Origin: a virus
Lineage: Duplodnaviria; Caudoviricetes
Strand: one strand, 5' to 3'
Length of the DNA stretch: 51,839 nt
Virus record (IMG/VR): IMGVR_UViG_3300025608_000032
Location: 1 to 51,839 of that record
Part shown: piece by piece, positions 25,751-34,786 of the stretch
Layout: the number at the start of each line of letters is the position of its first letter
Position numbering within the stretch: the first letter of the stretch is position 1
The notes under the pieces: generated by a model
Seen by the model: the letters and a program-made list of their open reading frames with translations, nothing else
Told to the model about the DNA's origin: nothing
The model's database searches: none
Made by a program: the position numbers and the translations under genes

Positions 25751-26656
25751 ATGTCTATTTCAGCACTACGCAACCAGAACTCTCTGGACAAACTTCTACA
25801 ACAAGTCCAAAAGGACGATTCCCCCACAAACGAAAAGAAATCATACGTTGATGAACGTATGTGGAAACCAAACGTTGACAAGGCAGGCAATGGTTACGCA
25901 GTAATTCGATTCCTACCAGCACCGAATGGTGAAGAGTTGCCGTGGGTTCGTGTTTGGAATCACGCATTCCAAGGCCCTACTGGACAGTGGTTTATTGAAA
26001 ACTCACTTACCACACTAAACCAGAAAGACCCTGTATCTGAGTATAATACTCAGTTGTGGAACTCTGGTGTAGAGTCTGACAAAGAGATTGCTCGTAAGCA
26101 GAAACGCAAGTTGAAGTATTACTCAAACATCTATGTTGTGAGTGATCCTGCTAATCCAGAAAACGAAGGTAAGATTTTCCTATACGCCTATGGTAAGAAA
26201 ATCTTTGATAAGTTGATGGAAGCAATGCAACCTGAGTTTCCTGATGAGACTCCAATCAACCCATTTGACTTTTGGGAAGGTGCGAACTTCATGTTGAAGA
26301 TTCGTAAAGTAGATGGTTACTGGAACTATGATAAGTCTGACTTTGAGAAGACTTCACAGTTGAAAGGTTCTGATGAAGAACTGGAAGCAATCTACGCAAA
26401 GCAACATTCTCTTGCAGACTTTGTTGCTCCTAGTAACTTCAAGTCATACGATGAGTTGAAAGCTCGTTTGGATGCTGTCCTAACAGGTTCAGTTGCAACA
26501 GGTAAGACTGCGGCACAAATGGTTGAGGAAGACACAACTGACTTCACACCTCAGTTCAAGTCTGAACCAACACCAGAACCAGTGTCGGTATCTGCTGTTG
26601 CTGACGATGACGAAGATGATGCAATGTCATACTTCCAAAAGTTGGCAAACGAATAA
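25751..26656 (+). CDS. gp32: single-stranded DNA-binding protein (T4 gp32-like)
   Basis: DKAGNGYAVIRFLP, YGKKIFDK, NPFDFWEGANF and acidic tail. Confidence 0.96.
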   Translation: MSISALRNQNSLDKLLQQVQKDDSPTNEKKSYVDERMWKPNVDKAGNGYAVIRFLPAPNGEELPWVRVWNHAFQGPTGQWFIENSLTTLNQKDPVSEYNTQLWNSGVESDKEIARKQKRKLKYYSNIYVVSDPANPENEGKIFLYAYGKKIFDKLMEAMQPEFPDETPINPFDFWEGANFMLKIRKVDGYWNYDKSDFEKTSQLKGSDEELEAIYAKQHSLADFVAPSNFKSYDELKARLDAVLTGSVATGKTAAQMVEEDTTDFTPQFKSEPTPEPVSVSAVADDDEDDAMSYFQKLANE

Positions 26657-26741
26657 GGTGAACTAGTTAGAGTATCCTTGATGTGCAGTAAGTCTCTCTG
26701 AGTCGTAACACCACATCGAAAAGACTAGGTAGTAAAGAGTG

Positions 26742-26773
26742 AAGGAGTGGGTATTTTTTATCCACTCCTTTTT
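26742..26773 (+). terminator. Rho-independent terminator
   Basis: AAGGAGTGGGTA...TATCCACTCCTT plus T-tract. Confidence 0.8.
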
Positions 26774-26780
26774 CTTTTTG

Positions 26781-26788
26781 TATAAATA
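26781..26788 (+). promoter_or_regulatory. T4-type late promoter for the exported-protein operon
   Basis: TATAAATA directly after the terminator. Confidence 0.7.
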
Positions 26789-26820
26789 GCAGTGTATGAC
26801 TATGTAATACAGAGAGAGAG

Positions 26821-27396
26821 ATGACCATGATTAGATTGATGGCAGTGGTGATGTTTATCGCCATGAGTGGTGTTGCCCATGCACAAGATTATACTGGTAG
26901 CGGTGCGTTAGACGATCCAATCGCAACGCACTCAACTACCGATTCTACTGTTACCACAAATGGTAACATGAATACCACAATCAACCAACCTCCTCCATCT
27001 GCGATTTCCCCTTCCTTCAGTAGTGGGAATAATAGTGACTTATGCACTATTGGTGTAGCTGGAGCCGTTCAGACTCAGATTTTGGGTATCAGTGCCGGCA
27101 CGACTTTTACAGAAGAGAACTGTATTCGTCTAAAAAATGCCAAGACACTATACGATATGGGTATGAAAGTTGCAGCAGTATCAGTGATGTGTCAAGATGA
27201 AAAAGTCTTTGATGCAATGTTACATGCTGGAACACCTTGTCCTTATAATGGCACTATTGGTGAAGCGGCACGACTTGGGTGGGAAACTCATGTCGAAACA
27301 ACTCGTAGAGAATTAGAGGAGAGCAATAAACCAAGTGTTAAAGAGACTATCACTTTCGGTGGCCTTGGTATTTTGGGCACACTCCTCTTATTCTGA
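26821..27396 (+). CDS. exported Cys-containing protein with C-terminal anchor
   Basis: Signal peptide (VAHA); PPPSAISPS, DLCTIG, NCIRLK, MCQD, GTPCP; hydrophobic C-terminus. Confidence 0.8.
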   Translation: MTMIRLMAVVMFIAMSGVAHAQDYTGSGALDDPIATHSTTDSTVTTNGNMNTTINQPPPSAISPSFSSGNNSDLCTIGVAGAVQTQILGISAGTTFTEENCIRLKNAKTLYDMGMKVAAVSVMCQDEKVFDAMLHAGTPCPYNGTIGEAARLGWETHVETTRRELEESNKPSVKETITFGGLGILGTLLLF

Positions 27397-28243
27397 GTCA
27401 ATAACTCCCTATGGTGGGCAGACAGGTAACGCTGCCGCCGGTGGAAATGCTTGGAGTATGGGAAGTGTTCTACCAGAACCGCCTGGCTTAAGTATCAATG
27501 GTGTGATATACAATTACACTATTCGTAAGAATGTAGATGATTCTGTGACAGTCAATGTGCAGAATGAGAATGCATTGGGGTCAGGATATATCTTCAGAGA
27601 GACAGATAGATGGTTGCCTGGCTCATTGGATGGAACAGAGATTAACAAAGTTGTTCCAGTAAATCCTGGCATTCATCGTAGTCATTGGGGTAATGGTTCT
27701 ATTGACGTTGAAGGTAATGGAAGTGTCGATAACCCGACAGTCCTCTATACCTACACAGTCGATCCTTGTTATAATCCTCAATTTGACCCGAACTGCCCTG
27801 GCTACGAAGTTCAAGTGCCAGACATATACCAAGTGAACCTAGACGATATCTATAATCCATTGAACGATGAGAATATTGATTTCGATAGGACTACTGATTT
27901 GGAACTTACTGAGACAGAAGATGAAGAAGAACTCAGTGAAGAAGAGTTAGCAGAGAAGGAAGAGGAAGAGGAAGAAGAGCGGGCGATGAGACTAGAGGAT
28001 GCACTTGCAGAAGCAGGACGTTCACTTATGTTTGCAAACGCACTTGCACAGTCTCAAGTTTTGGCATCTGTAAATGCCGCAACCAATATGAACAGTTACT
28101 ATTCTCGCACAATTCCTGGCGGGACATATAAAGAAAATGTTGTGTTAGTCGATAAGCAGTTACCTGAGAACAGGCGTGGATTGAGAAATGGACTTGCACA
28201 ACAGTTATTGCATCAACAGATGGTTGAGTCGCAATACAAGTAA
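27335..28243 (+). CDS. exported protein with beta-rich domain and acidic linker
   Basis: Signal peptide; DPCYNPQFDPNCPGY; poly-Glu tract. Confidence 0.75.
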   Translation: MLKRLSLSVALVFWAHSSYSESITPYGGQTGNAAAGGNAWSMGSVLPEPPGLSINGVIYNYTIRKNVDDSVTVNVQNENALGSGYIFRETDRWLPGSLDGTEINKVVPVNPGIHRSHWGNGSIDVEGNGSVDNPTVLYTYTVDPCYNPQFDPNCPGYEVQVPDIYQVNLDDIYNPLNDENIDFDRTTDLELTETEDEEELSEEELAEKEEEEEEERAMRLEDALAEAGRSLMFANALAQSQVLASVNAATNMNSYYSRTIPGGTYKENVVLVDKQLPENRRGLRNGLAQQLLHQQMVESQYK

Positions 28244-28284
28244 ATGATGATAATATTATAATAACAATAAACTAGGAGAACGAA

Positions 28285-28794
28285 ATGTTCAAAAAACAAA
28301 TGCTAGGAGCAGCTGCAATGGTTGTTGCATCTTCTACCTTTGCGCTTGCTGAAAACGTTCCGATTACAGGAACCGTTCAGTCCAAATGTATTATCGTCAC
28401 AGATAGTGCTGGTGTGTATGGAAACCCGAATGCCTACACACTATCAACCGCTGCAGCTGATGGTGGTGCAGATGCGGTTGTTCGTATTGATGTAACTTTG
28501 GCAGATGCGTATAATGCTCATATTACTGCACCGTCTGAATTTTCTTCAAGTCCATCCTTACCAGACATTCCAACTTTTGCTGGGGACACAGAAGTAAAAG
28601 CAGTATCAGATGCAACTGGTATGGGCTCATATGAAACTAACAAGGTGGAACAGGGTATGAAAGACATTTATGACTTGACTGCTACTGGTTCAACTTGGTT
28701 CAAAACCTCTTCAACTGCCACGATGGGTGGTAGTAAAGCATTCCCAGGCGGCAACTATACTGCCTTGGTAACAGTAGAGTGTATTGCGAAATAA
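28285..28794 (+). CDS. exported pilin/spore-coat-U (Csu)-like subunit
   Basis: Signal peptide (ALA); ITGTVQSKC near the N-terminus and PGGNYTALVTVEC at the C-terminus resemble fimbrial subunits. Confidence 0.55.
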   Translation: MFKKQMLGAAAMVVASSTFALAENVPITGTVQSKCIIVTDSAGVYGNPNAYTLSTAAADGGADAVVRIDVTLADAYNAHITAPSEFSSSPSLPDIPTFAGDTEVKAVSDATGMGSYETNKVEQGMKDIYDLTATGSTWFKTSSTATMGGSKAFPGGNYTALVTVECIAK

Positions 28795-28809
28795 TATAAA
28801 GGAAAGATA

Positions 28810-29184
28810 ATGAAAAAGTTGATAGTTATGTTGTTGGTGTTGTTTCCTCTGGCAGTTAATGCACACGAAATGACACCAACATATCCTAAGTTGACACCAT
28901 CCCATTTGGATAACGTCTATAAGACAACAATGGAGATGTTCAACAAAAGAGAAGATGTGGAATACTATGAGATTGGGGTGTTCGATAAGGACATGAGCCC
29001 AATCCCATTTGTAACTTCCTACACAATATTACAAATCAGATATCTTGGACATGTTCAGTTTGATATTTACATTCGTAAATCAGATGTTTCAAGAGCAGAA
29101 TATGTTTGTTCTACTTCTAAGTTGAGAAAAGATAATACGACAACAACGAAGATTACATCCAAAATATGTTCTAGGTTCAAGTGA
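28810..29184 (+). CDS. exported Ig-fold, fimbrial-chaperone-like protein
   Basis: Signal peptide (VNA); HEMTPTY..., NKREDVEYYEI, YVCSTS, ICSRF; single-domain size. Confidence 0.45.
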   Translation: MKKLIVMLLVLFPLAVNAHEMTPTYPKLTPSHLDNVYKTTMEMFNKREDVEYYEIGVFDKDMSPIPFVTSYTILQIRYLGHVQFDIYIRKSDVSRAEYVCSTSKLRKDNTTTTKITSKICSRFK

Positions 29185-29199
29185 GAGTGAGAGAAGAGA

Positions 29200-29622
29200 A
29201 TGAGAAAGATATGGATTGCACTACTTACAGGTTTCATTAGTAGTAGTGCATATGCAGACAGTAGTTCGATAGGTTTACAACTACCGTCTGCTGGTTCGTC
29301 TTATGGACAGGACAGTATTCGTGCTGGAGACTTGGACTGCAAAAATGCTATCGGTGGTGCGACTCAATTGGAGTTTGGAGTCACTGGTGTAATTGACAAT
29401 TATGAAAGTCCCTTTGGTGGTAGTAATGGTTTACCCTCAGAGAAGAATGTTGGGGTATTCGCAAGAATTGTAATACCACTAGATGGGCCCAAAGAAAGAA
29501 TAAACTGCAACTCTTTGTATGAGTTAGAACTGCGAAAGAAGAGAATCGAAGTTCTTAAACTACAAGAAGAGTTAGAGGCATTACGAAGACTTAACCAGAA
29601 CGGTGGAGGGTTCGAAAATTAA
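29200..29622 (+). CDS. exported protein with beta-hairpin and C-terminal coiled coil
   Basis: Signal peptide (AYA); VGVFARIVIPL, INCNSLYELEL. Confidence 0.75.
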   Translation: MRKIWIALLTGFISSSAYADSSSIGLQLPSAGSSYGQDSIRAGDLDCKNAIGGATQLEFGVTGVIDNYESPFGGSNGLPSEKNVGVFARIVIPLDGPKERINCNSLYELELRKKRIEVLKLQEELEALRRLNQNGGGFEN

Positions 29623-29654
29623 ACAACTTGTGAGAGAGTTGAGAGAGAGGCATT

Positions 29655-30071
29655 ATGAAAGATTGGATAATGGTAATGGTGGGTGTCTTTATGATATCTG
29701 CCGTGTTTACATACGAAGCAGTTGCAAACGAAAATAATACGATGATTGAGGCATGTCTGTATAAGAATGGATATTCGCCTGAGAAGTTTGATACATTTGA
29801 GTGGAATGTTGCCGCTGCATGTTATCAGAACTACAAGACACAGAAGAACGCAGAACAACTTGCAGAGTTGCGTGATTTTCTGAAACATAATCCAAGATAC
29901 AGATATCCTGGCCAGAGCAATAACAAGTGTTTTGGTAAACCCAGAGAGATGCCTTTTGAGACTGCATACATTGAACGTAATGGTGATGGTTTCAAGGCAG
30001 GGGTAACATATAAGGATAAAATGCCTGCTGGGTGCTTTGAGACGGCACCTTGGGATAATAGAGAGAAATAG
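29655..30071 (+). CDS. exported Cys-containing hypothetical protein (putative sRNA target)
   Basis: N-terminal hydrophobic signal; leader GAGAGAGTTGAGAGAGAGGC. Confidence 0.75.
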   Translation: MKDWIMVMVGVFMISAVFTYEAVANENNTMIEACLYKNGYSPEKFDTFEWNVAAACYQNYKTQKNAEQLAELRDFLKHNPRYRYPGQSNNKCFGKPREMPFETAYIERNGDGFKAGVTYKDKMPAGCFETAPWDNREK

Positions 30072-30082
30072 AGAGAGGGAAC

Positions 30083-30685
30083 ATGTCAGAAAAAGACTTA
30101 GGACAAGAGTTAGAGAATATCGAAGAAGGCATTGAGAACCTTAAGAACAAAGAGTTCAGACTCTTAGGTATTAAGATGACTCCAATGACTGTATCTGCAC
30201 TCGTAGCTGGTATTGCATCTATCATCGGTTCACTGTATGGTGGATTCTTAATGTATCAGAAGGTAGAACAGGCAATTGCATTCGTAGAACAACAAGAAGA
30301 ATACGAACAGAAGATTGCTGGATTCGAAGAACAGATGACTCTGATGAAATCTGAAGTGGATCAAACCATTGAGTATGCTCGTGATATCAAAGGTGGTTTG
30401 CGTGATGACATTCTTGCAATCGAAAAACAAGTTGACCGTATGGAAGACAAGTTGCGTGAACAAGAAGCAGATAACAGAGAAATTATTCAGAATGCAGAAG
30501 AACGTTTTGAGAACAAGAGAGATGCTCTACAAAACGACTACGATGAGAAAGCAAACAGATTGAGTGAATCATCCTCTTCCAGAATGACTGACTTGGAAAA
30601 CAAGATGGAAAGAGACATGAAAGACCTTGAAGATCGTATCAACAAACGACTTCAGCGGGCATTGGATAACCCACTTGCAAATTAA
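30083..30685 (+). CDS. membrane-anchored long coiled-coil protein
   Basis: TM segment then heptad repeats ending ALDNPLAN. Confidence 0.8.
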   Translation: MSEKDLGQELENIEEGIENLKNKEFRLLGIKMTPMTVSALVAGIASIIGSLYGGFLMYQKVEQAIAFVEQQEEYEQKIAGFEEQMTLMKSEVDQTIEYARDIKGGLRDDILAIEKQVDRMEDKLREQEADNREIIQNAEERFENKRDALQNDYDEKANRLSESSSSRMTDLENKMERDMKDLEDRINKRLQRALDNPLAN

Positions 30686-31188
30686 TGAAACATCTTCTAT
30701 TATGCACTCCACTCTTCCTACTGATGGGGTGTGGACAAGTCACGTCTGAATATGATAGGCGAACAGTAAAAACAGTTCATTCTGATATTATTGTATCTGC
30801 ATATGCATATCATGGGTTTTCTGAGACTACACACAGAAGTGAACTAAGAGAACTCACTGGAGTTGATCCAGTTCAAACTGAATGGTGTGCTGCATATGTC
30901 AATGCCATCTTACAACAAAATGATATAGAGGGTTCTGATAGTGTATCTGAATATCCCCTAACTGCCAGAAGTTTCCTCGCATGGGGAACTCCAGTTAAAG
31001 AACCTAAATCTGGTGATGTTGTGATTTTTCCTAGAGGCGAGCCATGGCAAGGCCATGTTGGGTTCTATGTTAGAACTGCAATATTCAATGGGGAGAAACA
31101 CTATGTGATTTTGGGCGGGAATCAAGATGATAGTGTATCACTTGAATATTATCCCGCCTCAAAAGCGATTGGTATCAGACGACCTTAG
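30685..31188 (+). CDS. NlpC/P60 (TIGR02594-like) peptidoglycan hydrolase lipoprotein
   Basis: Lipobox LMGC; WCAAYVN, ARSFL.WG, GHVGFY and LGGNQ motifs. Confidence 0.85.
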   Translation: MKHLLLCTPLFLLMGCGQVTSEYDRRTVKTVHSDIIVSAYAYHGFSETTHRSELRELTGVDPVQTEWCAAYVNAILQQNDIEGSDSVSEYPLTARSFLAWGTPVKEPKSGDVVIFPRGEPWQGHVGFYVRTAIFNGEKHYVILGGNQDDSVSLEYYPASKAIGIRRP

Positions 31189-33491
31189 AAATCGTTTCCT
31201 TGCCATGCAATACCTCTATTGGTAATTGCAACAGGGATAAAGGAGTTGCCGCCTCCTCCACCATTGACAGTGGTTGGAGAGTTGTTGATTACAACAGGAG
31301 AACCACCACCAGAAGATTTTCTGATTTGTGATTCAAGAGCAGAACGTTCTGCATCTGCCATTGCAACCATGTTTGCAGTCTGTCTTGCAATTCCTTGAAT
31401 CATTCTATTATTACTAGTAATAGAACCAGAACCTTGAGGCGTAAATAACTCAGGCCCCAACTCACCCACAAGATAACTCTTGCCGCCTCTTACTGGGCCT
31501 CCAGCTGCTCTTGCTGCGGTTTGTTGTGCAAGAATTGCTTCGATTTGTTCAATCGCATTTTCGTCTACTGCTTTCCCAACAAAGTCTGGGCCAGTGTATA
31601 CGTTTTCCCCTGCTTCTGCTCTTGCAACTCTGTCTTGTGCAGCTGCAAGTGCATCTCTATACGCTTGCATCTGTTCATCTGACATTTGTGGTGGTGGTTC
31701 TGTTGAGTCCTCTTCATCACCCCCACCTAAACCAAGAGCTCTTTTAACCCATCCTGGCGTCCATGATGGTAGAAGTCCTTCAATCGCATTACCCAAGTCA
31801 AAATCGAACAATCCAGCTAACCATTCCCATACGGAACTAAGTGAAGATCTTATCAATCCCCACAAACTAAATTCTTCACCCTCTGGATCACTCCATCCAA
31901 ACAGTCCTCTAACCCAATTAATTGTAGCATCAATTGGATAGAACAGTAGTCCCATTAAACTATCATATCCACCTAATAGAGTTGTCCAAAGTGAAGATAG
32001 TGCAGAAATAGGATCAGTGAATAAATCTCCAATCCACATGAAAACACTTGTTATTGCATTTTTTACTATGTCTGTTAGACTGAATTCATTCCCTTCACTT
32101 GACCATCCAAAGATGCCCATTACCCAATTGATTGCAGAGTCAATAGGTTTAAAGATTAAATCCACAAGTCCACCATCACCTACTAGAGAACTCCATAGAT
32201 TTTGGAGTGCAAGTAGAGGATCAGAAAATAGTGTGGTAAACCAACCAATAACAGAATTGATAGTTTCTTTGATAAAACTAGCTAATTCAAAGTCTGGTAA
32301 ATCGAATCCTAAGAATCCAAATATATCACGAATTAGTCCATAAAGGATATCAAATGGAGCGGTTACAATTTCAATAATACCGTCTGTGATACTTGCAAGT
32401 CCACTTGTAATTAGTCCAAAGTCTAGAGTAAAGATGCCTTTGACAATATCAATAACACCTCTGAATGCTTCATAGACACCTTCAATTGCTTCACTGACAT
32501 TTTGTGTAAGTGTTGCTGCAAAGTTATCAAGTCCAATTGCTTCTAGAATCCAACCGACTGCACCAGTTACCATACGAATCAGACCACCGACTAATCCATC
32601 AACAACACTAATGATGCCTTCACGAAGTCCCCCGATAATGCCATCTTGACTATATCCATCCATGAATCCAGAAATGAAGTCAAAGGCAGACATGAGGATA
32701 GTAATTGGTAGGAAAATCTTACCTAACAGTCTACCAAATCCTGCTGCAAATTTTGCGATAGGAGCGAAGGAAGAAGTTGCACCAGCAATGATAGATGGGA
32801 ACTTACCTAACACCTTCATAATACGACTAAACAGTTTAACTGGGCCGCTGATAATTTTATTAAGGAAACTGGTAAATTTACCAAATACCTTAAATGTATC
32901 GCCTCTCAGAATTTTTCCTGTTCCCGCTTTATTAACAAGATCTGAAACTGCATCGAAAAATTTTACAAAAGGTTGAAATAATTTTGTGAGTCGCCCACCA
33001 GTAAGTTTGTTTAGGAACTTAAGTTCTGTCCCCAAAGACTTGAAAAAGTTGACTAGGGTTATGACAGGCGCAGCGATAAGAGCTGCAATTGCACCAAGTC
33101 CAAACCCAGCACCCTTTTGGAGTCCTTGCAAGAAAGAGTCTTTCAAGTCCATAATTCCACCAGCAATTTCTGCCAATAGAACTGTTTGTTCTCTTGCCGC
33201 TCTTTTCTCTTCTCTGAACTTCTCGACTTCTGCCGCAGACATTTTGTCTTTTGGTTTAGCGAGAATACTTACCATTTTACCAATGGATGTAAGGCCTGGA
33301 ATAGCAGAAGCAAACTGTTTCATAGGCGCAGTTACAGAATCAGTAACTCCCTTTAAATCATCCTTAATAACACCACCAACCTCTTTGAGTTTTGATGATG
33401 TTTCTTTAGATGCTCGTGTCTGATCTTCAACAGACTCCCTTAGGCGTCTGTTTTCGTTAATCAGTTCTCGTATAGTTTTATCTTCTGCCAT
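31185..33491 (-). CDS. tape measure / baseplate hub (gp29-like) protein
   Basis: Long helical Trp/Gly repeats; RAAGGPV...YLVGELGPELF motif; lies downstream of gp26/gp51. Confidence 0.75.
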   Translation of the reverse strand: MAEDKTIRELINENRRLRESVEDQTRASKETSSKLKEVGGVIKDDLKGVTDSVTAPMKQFASAIPGLTSIGKMVSILAKPKDKMSAAEVEKFREEKRAAREQTVLLAEIAGGIMDLKDSFLQGLQKGAGFGLGAIAALIAAPVITLVNFFKSLGTELKFLNKLTGGRLTKLFQPFVKFFDAVSDLVNKAGTGKILRGDTFKVFGKFTSFLNKIISGPVKLFSRIMKVLGKFPSIIAGATSSFAPIAKFAAGFGRLLGKIFLPITILMSAFDFISGFMDGYSQDGIIGGLREGIISVVDGLVGGLIRMVTGAVGWILEAIGLDNFAATLTQNVSEAIEGVYEAFRGVIDIVKGIFTLDFGLITSGLASITDGIIEIVTAPFDILYGLIRDIFGFLGFDLPDFELASFIKETINSVIGWFTTLFSDPLLALQNLWSSLVGDGGLVDLIFKPIDSAINWVMGIFGWSSEGNEFSLTDIVKNAITSVFMWIGDLFTDPISALSSLWTTLLGGYDSLMGLLFYPIDATINWVRGLFGWSDPEGEEFSLWGLIRSSLSSVWEWLAGLFDFDLGNAIEGLLPSWTPGWVKRALGLGGGDEEDSTEPPPQMSDEQMQAYRDALAAAQDRVARAEAGENVYTGPDFVGKAVDENAIEQIEAILAQQTAARAAGGPVRGGKSYLVGELGPELFTPQGSGSITSNNRMIQGIARQTANMVAMADAERSALESQIRKSSGGGSPVVINNSPTTVNGGGGGNSFIPVAITNRGIAWQGNDF

Positions 33492-33502
33492 CTAAGTAAA
33501 CC

Positions 33503-33835
33503 TTATTTCTTTTTGAGTGCGTCTGCTCCAAAGAAAGCAGATACCAGCACAGCGATTGATGCAAAGTAAGTTGGAGCGATATCTGCAATCAAAGTTGCGG
33601 CTTTGTCCATACCGAATGCAGAGGTTACTGCAATACCAGCTGGATATACTAGGAGTCCGATAAGTGAGAACCATGCCATTTTACGAATAGCATCTCTCTG
33701 TGCATCGGCGTCTTCAAGTGCTTTACGTTTGAATTCCAAGTGCATATCCATTTCTTCTTTGGAGATGTGTCCATCACCATTTGTATCAATTTCAGATGCT
33801 AGTGATGCATCTATTGTTGTTTTCTCTTCTGCCAT
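33503..33835 (-). CDS. EF-hand-containing 2-TM membrane protein
   Basis: DTNGDGHISKEE loop; two C-terminal TM helices. Confidence 0.75.
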   Translation of the reverse strand: MAEEKTTIDASLASEIDTNGDGHISKEEMDMHLEFKRKALEDADAQRDAIRKMAWFSLIGLLVYPAGIAVTSAFGMDKAATLIADIAPTYFASIAVLVSAFFGADALKKK

Positions 33836-33863
33836 AACTCTCTCTCTCCTTATTATGAACTAT

Positions 33864-34001
33864 TTATTTCTTATTCGAAGCCTCGTGGCGTTTTCTCATG
33901 TTCTCATCTTCAATCCATTGCAATAGAAGACTGACATAAACCTCCCTCTCCCATGGCAACATTTCTTCAATTTCAGTTAAGGAAAAATTGTGGTGTTTCA
34001 T
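33864..34001 (-). CDS. gp51: baseplate hub assembly protein (T4 gp51-like); frame open upstream to 34064
   Basis: (NYLRLNFSL)MKHHNFSLTEIEEMLPWEREVYVSLLLQWIEDEN; not in the ORF track. Confidence 0.85.
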   Translation of the reverse strand: MKHHNFSLTEIEEMLPWEREVYVSLLLQWIEDENMRKRHEASNKK

Positions 34002-34054
34002 TAGACTAAAATTCAATCTCAAATAATTTTCTAATGAATTATGAGAGAGGGCTA

Positions 34055-34753
34055 TTAGAAAAAAGAGGCCATTCCTTCCAATAAGATATTACTCTCGACA
34101 CCAGTATTAGGATTTTTAACCTTAACTGAATGTTTTACTCTAGGCATTGTGGTAAAGAACTCTTGCACCTTTTCAAATTGATCGTGACTCATTGATTCAA
34201 TGAATTCGTCAAGTTCTTTATTATCCATCTGGTTTTTATCATACACATTTTCTGCATCATAAATTTGTTTGATAGAACCCTTAATGATATCAAATGCCTG
34301 TTGGGTTTGATCGTCACCTCCAGTTGTCATTGTTTCCAATTTTGGATATTCCATAATCAACCCAATTTCCTCTGTAAGTTTGATTGTATCAGTGTGTGAT
34401 ACATCTCTCTTACACTCTATCTCTGATAGATTAATTTCAATCTCAACTTTAGTCTCGCCATCATCTGGGCATGTGACTGAAAGTTTAGTTTTCTCCCCTA
34501 CAGATTTTGCACGAAGTTGTAGGAACACATACTCAATATCAAAGAAGGGCAATTCGTTTGCTTTCAAAGCACCAAAGGTGCAAGATTCAACAATCTCTTT
34601 TACCGCTTTAATCTGATCTTTTTCAGTTCCAGCTTGTTGTGCAGTCAGTAGAACCTTTTCCTCTTTTACAAGGAAGGGTCTGAATTCAACTTTTTCACCA
34701 GTTGAAGGAAGTGTCAACTCATACTTGGTTGTTGCAAGTTTAGGTAATGCCAT
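34055..34753 (-). CDS. gp26: baseplate hub assembly chaperone (T4 gp26-like)
   Basis: MALPKL, FRPFLVKEEK, DIEYVFLQLRAKSVGE; ends EGMASFF. Confidence 0.92.
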   Translation of the reverse strand: MALPKLATTKYELTLPSTGEKVEFRPFLVKEEKVLLTAQQAGTEKDQIKAVKEIVESCTFGALKANELPFFDIEYVFLQLRAKSVGEKTKLSVTCPDDGETKVEIEINLSEIECKRDVSHTDTIKLTEEIGLIMEYPKLETMTTGGDDQTQQAFDIIKGSIKQIYDAENVYDKNQMDNKELDEFIESMSHDQFEKVQEFFTTMPRVKHSVKVKNPNTGVESNILLEGMASFF

Positions 34754-34786
34754 TATATTTTCTCCTATACATTACGATATAATAAT

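Noticed and set aside
26037-26053. CTGAGTATAATACTCAG hairpin as a third pseudoknot copy
   Set aside because: It lies inside the gp32 coding sequence and lacks stem 1 and the AAAC linker.
31480-33423. Several 78-153 aa plus-strand ORFs opposite the tape measure-like gene
   Set aside because: They are antisense shadows caused by codon bias, with no RBS or recognisable motifs.
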